A stretch of DNA of 38,279 bases, from assembly GCA_043819135.1 (NCBI GenBank), contig JBDRFG010000063.1, positions 1 through 38,279 on the forward strand, in the 5' to 3' direction. The notes under the pieces were generated by a model. It did no database searches. It worked only from the letters and a program-made list of their open reading frames with translations, and was not told the DNA's origin. The position numbers were made by a program, and so were the translations under genes. The DNA comes from Candidatus Eiseniibacteriota bacterium (GTDB lineage Bacteria; Joyebacterota; Joyebacteria; Joyebacterales; Joyebacteraceae). Below, one piece after another: positions 1 to 9,489 of this stretch (positions within the stretch are counted from its first letter, which is position 1; each line of letters opens with the position of its first letter).

Positions 1-15
1 CTGCGCCACGCCCCG
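1..15 (-). tRNA. 5' end of a probable tRNA-Pro, truncated by the window edge
   Basis: Minus strand reads CGGGGCGTGGCGCAG, the typical 5' acceptor stem/D-arm start of bacterial tRNA-Pro, 9 nt downstream of a good -10 box. The anticodon is not visible. Confidence 0.6.
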
Positions 16-24
16 ACGGGCTAC

Positions 25-53
25 AATCTAGCACGGGAGCGGCGGAGTGACAA
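25..53 (-). promoter_or_regulatory. sigma70-type promoter for the edge tRNA
   Basis: TTGTCA-N17-TAGATT with an extended TGn on the minus strand. Confidence 0.6.
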
Positions 54-110
54 GTGGGAAACGGCATCCCGCCCCGGCTCGTCCGAGCGATGGTCAGAAC
101 ACCCGCAGCG

Positions 111-1121
111 TCAGGTCCCGACGTGCTCAGGCCTGGGGTCTCTCAACATAAGGTCCGCTATCGCTTCCCTCGGTGGCTTGCCTTCGAAGAGGACGAGGTT
201 CATCTGCTCGCAGATGGGCATTTCGACCGAGAGCTTCTCCGACAGCTCGGCGACGCTCCTGGTCGTGCGCACTCCCTCGGCCACCATGACCATCGAGTCG
301 AGGATCTCCTCGAGTGCGCGCCCGTCCGCGATGGCCTCGCCGACGTAGCGGTTCCTGCTGTGCTTCGAGATGCAGGTCGTGATGAGGTCGCCCATTCCGG
401 ACAGGCCCGCGAACGTCTCGGGTCTCCCTCCCATCAGAACGCCGAGTCTCGTCATCTCGGCGAGGCCGCGCGTCAGGAGCGCTCCCTTGGTGTTGTCTCC
501 GTATCCGAGACCGTCGCAGATGCCCGCCGCTATCGCTATGACGTTCTTGAGCGAGACCCCGAGTTCGACCCCGATGAGGTCGGTGTTGGTGTAGACCCGG
601 AGATACTCCGTCATGAAGAGGTCGCGCGTGAAGATCGCCGTCGTCTCGTCCAGAGCTCCGGCCACAACAGCCGTCGGGAGCCTCCTGCTGACCTCCTCGG
701 CGTGGCTGGGGCCGACGAGCGACGATATCCCGGCGGTCTCCGGACGGCCGAGTTCCTGCGCGAGCACCTCCGACATGCGCATCAGAGTCTCGTTCTCTAT
801 GCCCTTAGCGACGTTCACCACTTGCGTTGCGTCCGGTATCATCCCGGCGGCCCTCCCGGCGACGGAGCGAACCACGTGTGACGGGACGGCGAAGACGACC
901 GCCGCGGCACCCTCCAGTGACTGACCGAGATCGTTGGTCATCTCGAGGGAAGCGGGCAGCGGAACGCCGGGCAGGAACTTCCGATTCTCTCCGTCGCTCC
1001 TGACGGCCGAAACCTGCCTGGGGTCGAACTCCCAGATGACGACCTCGTGCCCGTTGTCGTGCAGGACCAGCGCGAGAGTGGTTCCCCAGCTCCCGCCTCC
1101 GAGCACCGTGACACGCTTCAT
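111..1121 (-). CDS. gpsA: NAD(P)H-dependent glycerol-3-phosphate dehydrogenase
   Basis: GGGSWGT Rossmann motif, GPSHAEEV, KNVIAIAAG, GMGDLITTC..SRN. Confidence 0.96.
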   Translation of the reverse strand: MKRVTVLGGGSWGTTLALVLHDNGHEVVIWEFDPRQVSAVRSDGENRKFLPGVPLPASLEMTNDLGQSLEGAAAVVFAVPSHVVRSVAGRAAGMIPDATQVVNVAKGIENETLMRMSEVLAQELGRPETAGISSLVGPSHAEEVSRRLPTAVVAGALDETTAIFTRDLFMTEYLRVYTNTDLIGVELGVSLKNVIAIAAGICDGLGYGDNTKGALLTRGLAEMTRLGVLMGGRPETFAGLSGMGDLITTCISKHSRNRYVGEAIADGRALEEILDSMVMVAEGVRTTRSVAELSEKLSVEMPICEQMNLVLFEGKPPREAIADLMLRDPRPEHVGT

Positions 1122-1759
1122 CGTTCACCTCCATGCCCCGAACTGCCTCCGAAGCGGTTCTCCGTGCCGTTCAACAGCCGCCCGATGTTCGCGCGATGAC
1201 GCGACACCACGGCGACGGCTACCAGGCCTGCCGTCAGCGTGAGCGCGGTGGGTCTTCCCGTTCCGAGGACCCCGGCTTCAAGCCAGATCGCCCACGGGAG
1301 GAACAGGGCCGCGGCGACGGAGCCGAGCGAGACATAGCGTGTGGAGAGCACGATCGCCAGCCAGAGGACAACGACCGCCAGCGTGGCCAGCGGGGCCATC
1401 GCCGCGAAGACGCCGCACGCCGTCGCGACGCCTTTCCCGCCCCGGAAACGAGCGAAGACCGGCCAGATGTGTCCGGCGACAGCGGCCAGCCCCGCCGCAA
1501 GGCGAATCCCCGTGGGGCCGAGAGAGGAGCCCGCGCCCAGAGTCGCGGCGACGATCAGGACCGCCGCCACACCTTTCGCCACATCGACGATGAGGACCGG
1601 CGTGGCGACGCGGGGACCCAGTGTGCGAAGGACGTTGGTGAATCCGGGATTGCCGCTGCCGATAGCCCTGAGGTCGACGCCGCGCAGCCTCGCCGCGATG
1701 TCGCTCGTCGGTATTGAGCCAAGGAGATACGAGATGATAACCACGAGAGCCGTCTGCAC
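1118..1759 (-). CDS. plsY: glycerol-3-phosphate acyltransferase PlsY
   Basis: YLLGSIP, GSGNPGFTN, GHIWPVF..FRGGKGVAT, RHRANI motifs; 4-nt overlap with gpsA. Confidence 0.95.
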   Translation of the reverse strand: MQTALVVIISYLLGSIPTSDIAARLRGVDLRAIGSGNPGFTNVLRTLGPRVATPVLIVDVAKGVAAVLIVAATLGAGSSLGPTGIRLAAGLAAVAGHIWPVFARFRGGKGVATACGVFAAMAPLATLAVVVLWLAIVLSTRYVSLGSVAAALFLPWAIWLEAGVLGTGRPTALTLTAGLVAVAVVSRHRANIGRLLNGTENRFGGSSGHGGER

Positions 1760-1823
1760 GTGTCCTCCGTCTGCCGGCGGAACTCGTTTGGAAAAGGCCG
1801 TGTCGCGACGACGTCTGCTTGCG

Positions 1824-3143
1824 CTAGCGCCTCTTCCTCACGGAGATTCGAATCGGCGTTCCGACGAAACCATACTCCCTTCGGAACTGGTTCGCAAGAT
1901 AGCGTCTGTACGTATGGTCGACCGCCCTGACGTCGTTCGTGAACACCACAAAGGTGGGCGGTCTGGTGCGCACCTGCGTGGCGTAGAGGATGTTCACGCG
2001 GCGTCCGCCGGCCGGAGGCCTGTGCTCCACCGCCGCCATTACCGTCTCGTTGACGCGACTGGTCGGAATGCGCATCCCCGTCTGCTCGTCGACCTCAGCC
2101 GCGAGCGTCAGCACCTTCGTCACGCGCTGTCCGGACAGGGCGGAGATGTGGATGACCGGAGCGTATTTGGCGAACGGCAGCGCGTCGGCGGCGTGCTGGA
2201 CGAACTCACCCGCCGTGGAGTTATCCTTCTCCAGGAGGTCCCACTTGTTGAACGCGACGATCAGTCCCTTGCCCGCCTCCTCGATGAACCCCGCGATGTG
2301 CGCGTCCTGTGCGACTATGCGCTCGGTCGCGTCCACGACCAGAACCACAACGTCGGCGCGCTCTATGCCCCTGAGCGATCGCATGGTGCTGTAGAACTCC
2401 ACGCCCCTCTCGACTTTCGACTTCTGTCTGAGGCCCGCCGTGTCGACCAGCACGAACCGCTTGTCATCGTGTATAACGACCGTGTCGATCGCGTCGCGGG
2501 TGGTGCCCGGCGCCGAATCGACTATGACAACGTCAGTACCCACTATCCGGTTTACCAGAGACGACTTGCCCACGTTGGGGCGTCCGACGAAGGCCACCCT
2601 GATGCCCTCGCCGGTTTCGGGCGCGGCTTCGGGGATCACCGCTATCAGCCGGTCGAGGAGGTCGCCGGCACCGCGACCGTGCAGCGCCGAGACGGGCGAC
2701 GGGTCGCCCAGACCGAGGGTGTAGAACTCGTGGGTGTCCAGCTCGTGACGCTCCGAGTCTACTTTGTTGACGGCGAGGATTATGGGTTTGGATGAACGTC
2801 GCAGAAGGGCCGCGATCTCCAGATCCACGGCCGTCGGACCGGTCTCCCTGTCGACGACGAAGAGGATGGCGTCGGCCTCATCGATCGCGTTCTCGGCCTG
2901 GAAGCGGATCATCCCCGCCATTCCCTCGATCTCGGTCGGCAGGAGCCCGCCGGTGTCCACCAGGACGAAAGCACGGCCGCTCCACTCGGCCTCGTGGTAG
3001 TTGCGGTCCCGCGTGACTCCGGGCTGGTCGTCGACGACGGCAATGCGCGCGCCCGTGATTCGGTTGAACATCGCCGACTTGCCGACGTTCGGCCGCCCTA
3101 CGATGGCCACTATCGGGAGTCTTTCTCTCCTGGTCTCGGTCAT
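1824..3143 (-). CDS. der: ribosome biogenesis GTPase Der (EngA)
   Basis: Two GRPNVGKS / DTxG / NKxD GTPase domains followed by a KH-like C-terminus. Confidence 0.97.
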   Translation of the reverse strand: MTETRRERLPIVAIVGRPNVGKSAMFNRITGARIAVVDDQPGVTRDRNYHEAEWSGRAFVLVDTGGLLPTEIEGMAGMIRFQAENAIDEADAILFVVDRETGPTAVDLEIAALLRRSSKPIILAVNKVDSERHELDTHEFYTLGLGDPSPVSALHGRGAGDLLDRLIAVIPEAAPETGEGIRVAFVGRPNVGKSSLVNRIVGTDVVIVDSAPGTTRDAIDTVVIHDDKRFVLVDTAGLRQKSKVERGVEFYSTMRSLRGIERADVVVLVVDATERIVAQDAHIAGFIEEAGKGLIVAFNKWDLLEKDNSTAGEFVQHAADALPFAKYAPVIHISALSGQRVTKVLTLAAEVDEQTGMRIPTSRVNETVMAAVEHRPPAGGRRVNILYATQVRTRPPTFVVFTNDVRAVDHTYRRYLANQFRREYGFVGTPIRISVRKRR

Positions 3144-3154
3144 CTTGCCTCTTC

Positions 3155-4516
3155 TTATGGGGTGCCACGCCGCGACGAGTTGTCCGACGCCGCGTTCCTC
3201 GGAATCGCGCCATCCCTGAGATCCAGTATTGCTTCAACGACATCGTCCGTAGCCACGACATTCTCTCGTCCTGCCGCGTCGGCGATCTCGCTCAGGTTCA
3301 TGCCGTCCAGGGTGACACCGTCCTCGTTGAACGCGGCACCAGGCAGAAAGAAGGCGTCCGACTCGCGCGCCTTCTTGAGCGCACCGACCATGTCTGCTCC
3401 GGGCAGCAGGCCCGCCACCGTGACGGTCGGACCCAGCAGGCTGTTGTCAGATGTTACCACCCTGAAGGTGAGTCCGTCGACCCGCGCGAGCGCGCTGCCG
3501 ATGGCCTCCGCCAGGAAGCCATCCGCCAGTCTCCCCGTCACCAGCGTCACCGCGAGCGGCGGGTCGAGGCGGTCGCCCAGGAGTCCGGCCCGCTCGTTCA
3601 GGCCGAACTCGAAGCTGCGAAGGAGCCCCACGCCGTTCTCGAGCTGAGGGAAGTCGCCGTATTCGTTGTGGGGCGGGAGCGCCCTCCCCGCACGGAGGTA
3701 CAGCTCGTCGGCCGCGTAGACGGTTCTGTCGCGCCCCTCCCGGAGGAACCGCTCCTGCCAGCGACCAACCGCGTCCAGCACGTTCCCGGCGACCGCGGCG
3801 GAGATCCCCTCCAGCATCGGCAGCCTCTGCCGGTGCGCCGTGAGGCCGACCGGCACTACGGCTATCGACTGGACCGTCTCGCCCAGCGCGAACAGGTCGG
3901 CGACGGTCCGCTCGAGCACTTCGCCGTCGTTCACGCCCGGACACAGAACCGCCTGCGCGTGCACTCGTATCCTGGAGTCGCCAAGCCGCCTCAGGCTCTC
4001 GAGGATCGGTGGCGCCTCATCGTTCCCCAGCATGGCGCGTCTTACCGCGTCGTCGGTCGCGTGCACGGAGACGTAGATCGGGCTCAGGCGCTGCTCGGCG
4101 ATGCGCTCGTAATCAGAATCGCTGAGATTGGTCAGCGTGATGTAATTGCCGTAGCTGAACGAAAGGCGGTAGTCCTCGTCCTTGACGTAGAGACTCGGCC
4201 TTAGCCCGCGAGGCAACTGGTCCACGAAGCAGAAGACGCAGCTGTTCCCGCAGGTTCTGATCGGCGCTTCCTGTACCTCGAACCCTAGTTCTTCGGGGTC
4301 CTCCAATGGCAGGGTGACGCTGAAGGGCGTGCCATCGCGTGACAGTCCGTAGACCACCTCGGTCCCCTCCGCCCACGCGAGCGCGAACGTCAGGTCTATC
4401 GCGTCCTCGAGACGCCTGTCGTCAACGGCCAGGAGCTCGTCCCCGTCCCTTAAGCCGGCCCGGTCGGCGACGCTCCCCCGCGCTACTCTCGTGATCTTCA
4501 TCCCCTGCTCCGACAT
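3155..4516 (-). CDS. PDZ + radical SAM-like DUF512 Fe-S protein
   Basis: N-terminal PDZ-like segment, CGNSCVFC (CX3CX2C), SLYVKDEDYRLSF, FPQLENGVG. Confidence 0.88.
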   Translation of the reverse strand: MSEQGMKITRVARGSVADRAGLRDGDELLAVDDRRLEDAIDLTFALAWAEGTEVVYGLSRDGTPFSVTLPLEDPEELGFEVQEAPIRTCGNSCVFCFVDQLPRGLRPSLYVKDEDYRLSFSYGNYITLTNLSDSDYERIAEQRLSPIYVSVHATDDAVRRAMLGNDEAPPILESLRRLGDSRIRVHAQAVLCPGVNDGEVLERTVADLFALGETVQSIAVVPVGLTAHRQRLPMLEGISAAVAGNVLDAVGRWQERFLREGRDRTVYAADELYLRAGRALPPHNEYGDFPQLENGVGLLRSFEFGLNERAGLLGDRLDPPLAVTLVTGRLADGFLAEAIGSALARVDGLTFRVVTSDNSLLGPTVTVAGLLPGADMVGALKKARESDAFFLPGAAFNEDGVTLDGMNLSEIADAAGRENVVATDDVVEAILDLRDGAIPRNAASDNSSRRGTP

Positions 4517-4571
4517 GCAGTCGGCCCCCGTGTGGCCCGCTATAGCGGACGGCGGGGGCCGGCCAGAAAGA

Positions 4572-4647
4572 TGGAGCGGGCAACGGGATTCGAACCCGCG
4601 ACTCTCAGCTTGGGAAGCTGATACTCTACCAGCTGAGTTATGCCCGC
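4572..4647 (-). tRNA. tRNA-Gly (anticodon CCC), 3' CCA encoded
   Basis: GCGGGCA..ACTC AGCTGGTA GAGT..TCAGC TT-CCC-AA GCTGA..GCGGG TTCGAAT CCCGT TGCCCGC TCCA; 76-nt cloverleaf. Confidence 0.97.
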
Positions 4648-4818
4648 TCGCGAATCTATCGTTGTCCTATCTAAAATGGATACACGAAGGAAGACCCGGA
4701 GTCAAGGCGATTCGGCCCACTCCACGGATCTCCTTCCCCAGTAGGCACGCCCCGTGTACAATGAACGGCGGAGGGCTCACTCGAGGTTGGACATCCGTTC
4801 AACGGACTGGAGGTCGGG

Positions 4819-6765
4819 TTGCGAAATTTCAGAGAGGCCGAGACCTCCGCGCGGCGGGATTTCGGTTCCGCACTCGCGGTAGCGACCGCGCTCCTCGCCG
4901 CGTTCTGTCTTCTTGAGTGGCTGGTTCTCCTCGTCAGGTTGCCGGTCGACTGGTCGGCGGGCGTCCTTGGCCTTGTCCTGAGGAACGTGCTGCTCTACGC
5001 AGCCGCCGGCCTCCCGGTCGGTGCCGCGCTGGGCGCGTGTCTGGCGGTTCTCCGGCTCGCCGCCGGCTCCCGAGTGGGGGCTCTGACGCGGCCCTCCGGC
5101 GCGTGGTCGCTCGGGCTCGCAGGCATGATCACGCTCTACTGGGTCAACGCGATCAACGTCCTTCACCCCGGCCGGGCGCGGGAGACGGCCGTGCTCGTTC
5201 TCGATGCCGCTGCCTTGGCTGCCGGCCTCGTGCTTGCGTGCGTCCTCGTCCGGTGGTCGGCCCGCGGAAGCGGCGCTCGGCAGATACTTGGTGCGAGCGC
5301 CGTCGTCGTCGTCCTGCTGTGGTTGCCGTTCTACTCGCTGAGCGCCGGGCGTGGCGGCGAGCGGATAGACGGGGGACTCGATCTGGGCCGTGTCGCCGTC
5401 GAGCGGGCGGTCATGACCGACACGCCCTCTCCGCCTAACGTGCTTCTCGTCATGTTGGACACGACCCGCACCGACTGCCTCGGATGCTACGGTTCAACCG
5501 ATGGCATCACTCCCAATATGGACGCGCTGGCCGGCGAGAGCCTGCTCTTCGAGCAGGCCGTTACGCCAGAGCCGCTGACGCGCCCCGCCGTCACGACCGT
5601 GCTGACGGGTCTCTACCCCCGGTCCCACGGGGTCGACACCAACACGAAATCACTCGACGCCGGATTCCACACGCTCGCCGAGGCGCTTCAGGCGCGTGGC
5701 TACGTCACCGGTGCCTTCATGGCCGCTTCCGTTCTCTCCGCCTACTACGGCACCGACCAGGGTTTCGACACCTACACGGAGCCGGCCGAGGGTCCGTGGG
5801 AGCTCTCTCGGTTCCTCGCGCTCAAGCGCTTCTACGTCTCGGTCTTTGCGAGCAGCCGCTGGTCGATCGAGATCACGGCCGAGGAAGTGACGCGAAGGGC
5901 CGTCACCTGGATCCGGAGCAACGAGGGGCGCCCGTTCTTCGCGGTCGTTCACTACTTCGACCCTCACTTTCCATACGAACCGCCCGTGGAGCACGATCTC
6001 GCGCAGCGTCACGGATTCACGACACTGCCGGTTCCATACGAAGATCAACAGGACATGTTCAAGCCGGGCTTCGACATGCCTGACGACTTTCTCGAGATGA
6101 CGTGGCTCAAGTACAAGGGCGAGATATCGTACACGGACGAGTGCGTGGGATCGCTTCTGAACTCGCTGGATGAGATGGGGCTCGCCGATGATACCCTGCT
6201 CGTTCTCATGTCGGATCACGGCGAGAGTTTCGAGAAGGGCTTCTACTTCTCGCACGGCAACCGGCTGTTCGACTCGCTGGTCCACGTGGTCCTCATGTTC
6301 CGCTATCCGGGCCGGATCGGCCCCGGTCGCCAGGCGCAACAGGTTCACCTGGCCGACCTGTATCCCACCATCCTCTCGCTGGCAGGCGTCCCGCTCGACG
6401 CCGAGGTCCAGGGCACGAACATCCTCGGCCCTCGGGGGGACGAGTCCCCCGGCGCTCCGCGGCCCGTGTTCCTGCAGACCGATTTCGAGAACCCCAAGCC
6501 GTTCTCTTCGCGAGTGGCGATGGGGGTGCGATTCCTGCCGTGGAAGTACGTCGACTCCCCGGAGATTGGGCTCGTGGAACTCTACGACCTTCATGCCGAT
6601 CCAGGAGAGCTGTTGAATCTCGCGGAGGAACGTCCGGAGGTCGCTGCTGAAATGGACGCGCGGCTCGAATCGTGGCTGGCCACGACGAAGCGTCGCGAGA
6701 CGTCCCAGGCGGAGCTGAGCCCCGAGCGGCTGGAGGCCCTGAGGGCGCTGGGCTACGTGCAGTAG
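4819..6765 (+). CDS. membrane-anchored sulfatase/alkaline-phosphatase-superfamily hydrolase or transferase
   Basis: About 5 N-terminal hydrophobic helices; PNVLLVMLDTTR, LTRPAVTTVLTG, HYFDPH, SDHGE, ELYDL..DPGE, C-terminal LRALGY. TTG start preceded by GGAGG. Confidence 0.85.
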   Translation: MRNFREAETSARRDFGSALAVATALLAAFCLLEWLVLLVRLPVDWSAGVLGLVLRNVLLYAAAGLPVGAALGACLAVLRLAAGSRVGALTRPSGAWSLGLAGMITLYWVNAINVLHPGRARETAVLVLDAAALAAGLVLACVLVRWSARGSGARQILGASAVVVVLLWLPFYSLSAGRGGERIDGGLDLGRVAVERAVMTDTPSPPNVLLVMLDTTRTDCLGCYGSTDGITPNMDALAGESLLFEQAVTPEPLTRPAVTTVLTGLYPRSHGVDTNTKSLDAGFHTLAEALQARGYVTGAFMAASVLSAYYGTDQGFDTYTEPAEGPWELSRFLALKRFYVSVFASSRWSIEITAEEVTRRAVTWIRSNEGRPFFAVVHYFDPHFPYEPPVEHDLAQRHGFTTLPVPYEDQQDMFKPGFDMPDDFLEMTWLKYKGEISYTDECVGSLLNSLDEMGLADDTLLVLMSDHGESFEKGFYFSHGNRLFDSLVHVVLMFRYPGRIGPGRQAQQVHLADLYPTILSLAGVPLDAEVQGTNILGPRGDESPGAPRPVFLQTDFENPKPFSSRVAMGVRFLPWKYVDSPEIGLVELYDLHADPGELLNLAEERPEVAAEMDARLESWLATTKRRETSQAELSPERLEALRALGYVQ

Positions 6766-6772
6766 GAAGGGA

Positions 6773-7756
6773 TCATCGCGCGGGGCGACCAGGAGTGAGG
6801 TGACCCGACGTCCCGGCAGATGCAAGTATCGCTCGCGCGGCCTCGTCGGGCGTCAGGCCGTCGAGGTCGAACCACTCGATGCCCTCGATCGACCTGAACC
6901 AGGTCATCTGACGCTTGGCGTAGCGCCTGGTGTTCCGCTTGATGAGTTCGACCGCCTCACCGACATCCCCATCCCCGCCCTCGACGATCGGCAGAAGCTC
7001 GCGGTAGCCGAGCGCGTTCGCCGCCGGCATCGCAGACGACAGCGCGCCCGTCGACACCAGGCGTCCGATCTCATCCAGGAGTCCCTCCGCCACCATCGCA
7101 TCGACTCTGCGGTCTATTCTTACCTGCAGCCTCTCACGAGGCAGTGTCAGCCCGACGTTTCGCGCCGTGAAGGCCGGCGTACGGCCCGCTCCCGCGTGCC
7201 ACTCCGAGAGCGGCATGCCCGTGGTCGCGTAGACCTCGAGCGCGCGCACGACGCGGGACGCGTCGTTGACGTGAATGCGCCTGGCCGACGCGGGGTCGAC
7301 GCCCGCGAGTTCCTCGTGCAGGGCCGCGACACCCTCCGCGGCGGCCCGCTCCACGAGGTTCGCCCTGACCTCGGGGTCGCGTGCCGGGCCCTCGAAGAGG
7401 CCCTCGAAGAGCGATGCCACGTAGAACCCGGTGCCTCCCACCACGAGCGGAGCGAGTCCTCTCGCGGTGATGTCCGCGATGGCCGTTTCCGCGTCCGCCG
7501 CGAACCGGGCGGCGTCGTAGTCCTCGGACGGGTCGACGATGTCGATGAGGTGGTGACGGACGAGCTTCTGTTCTTCGGTGGTGGGCTTGGCGGTGCCGAC
7601 GTCCATCCCGCGGTACACCTGGCGGGAGTCGGCTGAGACTATCTCTCCGCCTGTCGAGCGTGCCAGAGCGACGGCGACCGCCGTCTTGCCAACGGCGGTC
7701 GGTCCTACGACGGTCAGCACTTCCTGTCGGGAGCTGCGAGCCTTCTCCGAACTCAT
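6773..7756 (-). CDS. miaA: tRNA dimethylallyltransferase
   Basis: GPTAVGKT, DSRQVY..MDVGTAKP, GGTGFY, TRRYAKRQMTWF. ATG at 7756 overlaps the mutL stop (ATGA). Confidence 0.96.
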   Translation of the reverse strand: MSSEKARSSRQEVLTVVGPTAVGKTAVAVALARSTGGEIVSADSRQVYRGMDVGTAKPTTEEQKLVRHHLIDIVDPSEDYDAARFAADAETAIADITARGLAPLVVGGTGFYVASLFEGLFEGPARDPEVRANLVERAAAEGVAALHEELAGVDPASARRIHVNDASRVVRALEVYATTGMPLSEWHAGAGRTPAFTARNVGLTLPRERLQVRIDRRVDAMVAEGLLDEIGRLVSTGALSSAMPAANALGYRELLPIVEGGDGDVGEAVELIKRNTRRYAKRQMTWFRSIEGIEWFDLDGLTPDEAARAILASAGTSGHLTPGRPAR

Positions 7757-9489
7757 GTTCTGCCGAACCTCTTGTCGAGCTCCTCGGAGGTCATCCGCAT
7801 GAAGGTCGGCCGCCCGTGCGGGCAGGAATACGGAAGCTCGGTGGCGAAGAGCTGGTCGATGAGAGCGCGCATCTCTTCCTGAGTGAGCTTGTCTCCCGCC
7901 TTGATGGCGGCCTTGCACGCGACAGTCTTGGCGATGCTCTCCACCAGGTCCCGCACGTCGGTCCTGCCGGACGGCAGCTCCGTGAGGATGTCGTGCAGAA
8001 TCCTGTCGTGCGGCCACTTCGGAAAAGCGCCCGGCACGGCCTCGAGAAGCACGGTCCTGCCGCTCATTGCCCGGATGGTGAAGCCCAGCTTGTCGAGAAG
8101 CGGACTGACGTCGTCGACCGACTCCCACTCCGCGGGCGACAGTTCGACCGCGACCGGGAAGAGCAGCTGCTGACTGGGGCCCGCCTCGGCCGCGCCCGAC
8201 AGGGATACCCTGGCCTTCTCGTAGAGCACTCGCTCGTGCGCCGCATGCTGGTCGACGACCAGCACTCCCTCTCGAGTCTGGACGAAGACGTACGACTGAT
8301 GCAGCTGCCAGAACTTGGCGTGATGCACGTCCTCCGCGGTCTCAGCGCTCAGCTCGTCCTGCGAGACCACCGCGGGCCCAGTCTCGCGCATCAGAGTCGG
8401 GAACGCGAGCTCCCGTGTCGCCACTGCCGTCAATTGAGTAGCGGCCTGCGCTCGCCCACCGGCTCTCGCCTCGTACGTGGAGAGCGTGGGCGCCGTGTCG
8501 TGTGACATCAGAGCCGCGCGCACCGCGTTCTCGACCAGTCCGAATATCAGGCGGCTGTTCCCGAACCTGACCTCTCTCTTGGTCGGATGCACGTTGACGT
8601 CCACGAGAGAGCCGTCGATCGTCAGCAGGAGAAACACCACGGGATGTCTGTTGTGCGGCAGGAGCTCGCCGTAGCCGGAGCGAACGGCGGCGGTTATGAG
8701 CCGACTCCTGATGGGGCGGCCGTTGATGGCCACCACCTGCTGGGCTCCACGGGGCCTTGCTATCGTCGGACGCCCGACCATGCCTTCGATGGAGCCGCCG
8801 TCCTCCGTGTGCGAGACCGGCAGCATCTCCGCGCTCACGCTGCTTCCCAGGACCCCCGCCACCCGCTGCGCGAGGCTGTCGGCGGCCATGAGGCCGAGGG
8901 AGAGCTTCCCATCTATCGCCACGTCGAAGCGGATCGACGGGTACAGGACGGCGTATTCCGTCATGAGTTCCATGATGCGTCTGACCTCGACACTGTCGCT
9001 CTTGAGGAACTTGCGCCGCGCCGGCGTGTTGTAGAAGAGAGACGAGACCTCCACCGTGCTTCCCCGGGAGCGTCCTGCCGGCCTCACGTCCCTGATCTCC
9101 CCACCGACGAGGTTGACCTCTGTTCCCTCGACGTCCCCGTCCTCGCACGTCACGAGTCTGACACGGGACACGGAAGCCAGGCTCGGCAGCGCCTCGCCGC
9201 GGAATCCCAGGGTCGAGATGCAGTTGAGATCGTCCGCGGTCGTGAGCTTGCTCGTGGCGAAGCGATCGAAGGCGGCGAGGGCGTCATCGCGGTTCATGCC
9301 GGAGCCGTTGTCAGAGACGCGCACGAGGTCGCCTCCGCTGCCCTTGATGTCGACGGCTATCTCCGTCGCACCGGCGTCGAGCGCGTTCTCGACGAGTTCC
9401 TTGACGACCGAGAACGGCGCCTCCACCACCTCGCCGGCGGCTATCATGTTCGCCACGCTCTCGCCAAGGATCCTGATCCGACTACCCAC
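7753..9489 (-). CDS. mutL: DNA mismatch repair endonuclease MutL
   Basis: IAAGEVVE, ELVENALDAG, GFRGEAL, DQHAAHER endonuclease motif, QQLLFP clamp motif, CPHGRP. Confidence 0.97.
   Translation of the reverse strand: MGSRIRILGESVANMIAAGEVVEAPFSVVKELVENALDAGATEIAVDIKGSGGDLVRVSDNGSGMNRDDALAAFDRFATSKLTTADDLNCISTLGFRGEALPSLASVSRVRLVTCEDGDVEGTEVNLVGGEIRDVRPAGRSRGSTVEVSSLFYNTPARRKFLKSDSVEVRRIMELMTEYAVLYPSIRFDVAIDGKLSLGLMAADSLAQRVAGVLGSSVSAEMLPVSHTEDGGSIEGMVGRPTIARPRGAQQVVAINGRPIRSRLITAAVRSGYGELLPHNRHPVVFLLLTIDGSLVDVNVHPTKREVRFGNSRLIFGLVENAVRAALMSHDTAPTLSTYEARAGGRAQAATQLTAVATRELAFPTLMRETGPAVVSQDELSAETAEDVHHAKFWQLHQSYVFVQTREGVLVVDQHAAHERVLYEKARVSLSGAAEAGPSQQLLFPVAVELSPAEWESVDDVSPLLDKLGFTIRAMSGRTVLLEAVPGAFPKWPHDRILHDILTELPSGRTDVRDLVESIAKTVACKAAIKAGDKLTQEEMRALIDQLFATELPYSCPHGRPTFMRMTSEELDKRFGRT

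Noticed and set aside
7757..8128. N-terminal extensions in the ORF track for miaA (also mutS to 12193, rluB to 23052, ogt to 27717, FIST to 37231, lapA to 14673, proS to 31737)
   Set aside because: They overlap upstream genes or regulatory DNA; family homology and SD sites point to the downstream starts.
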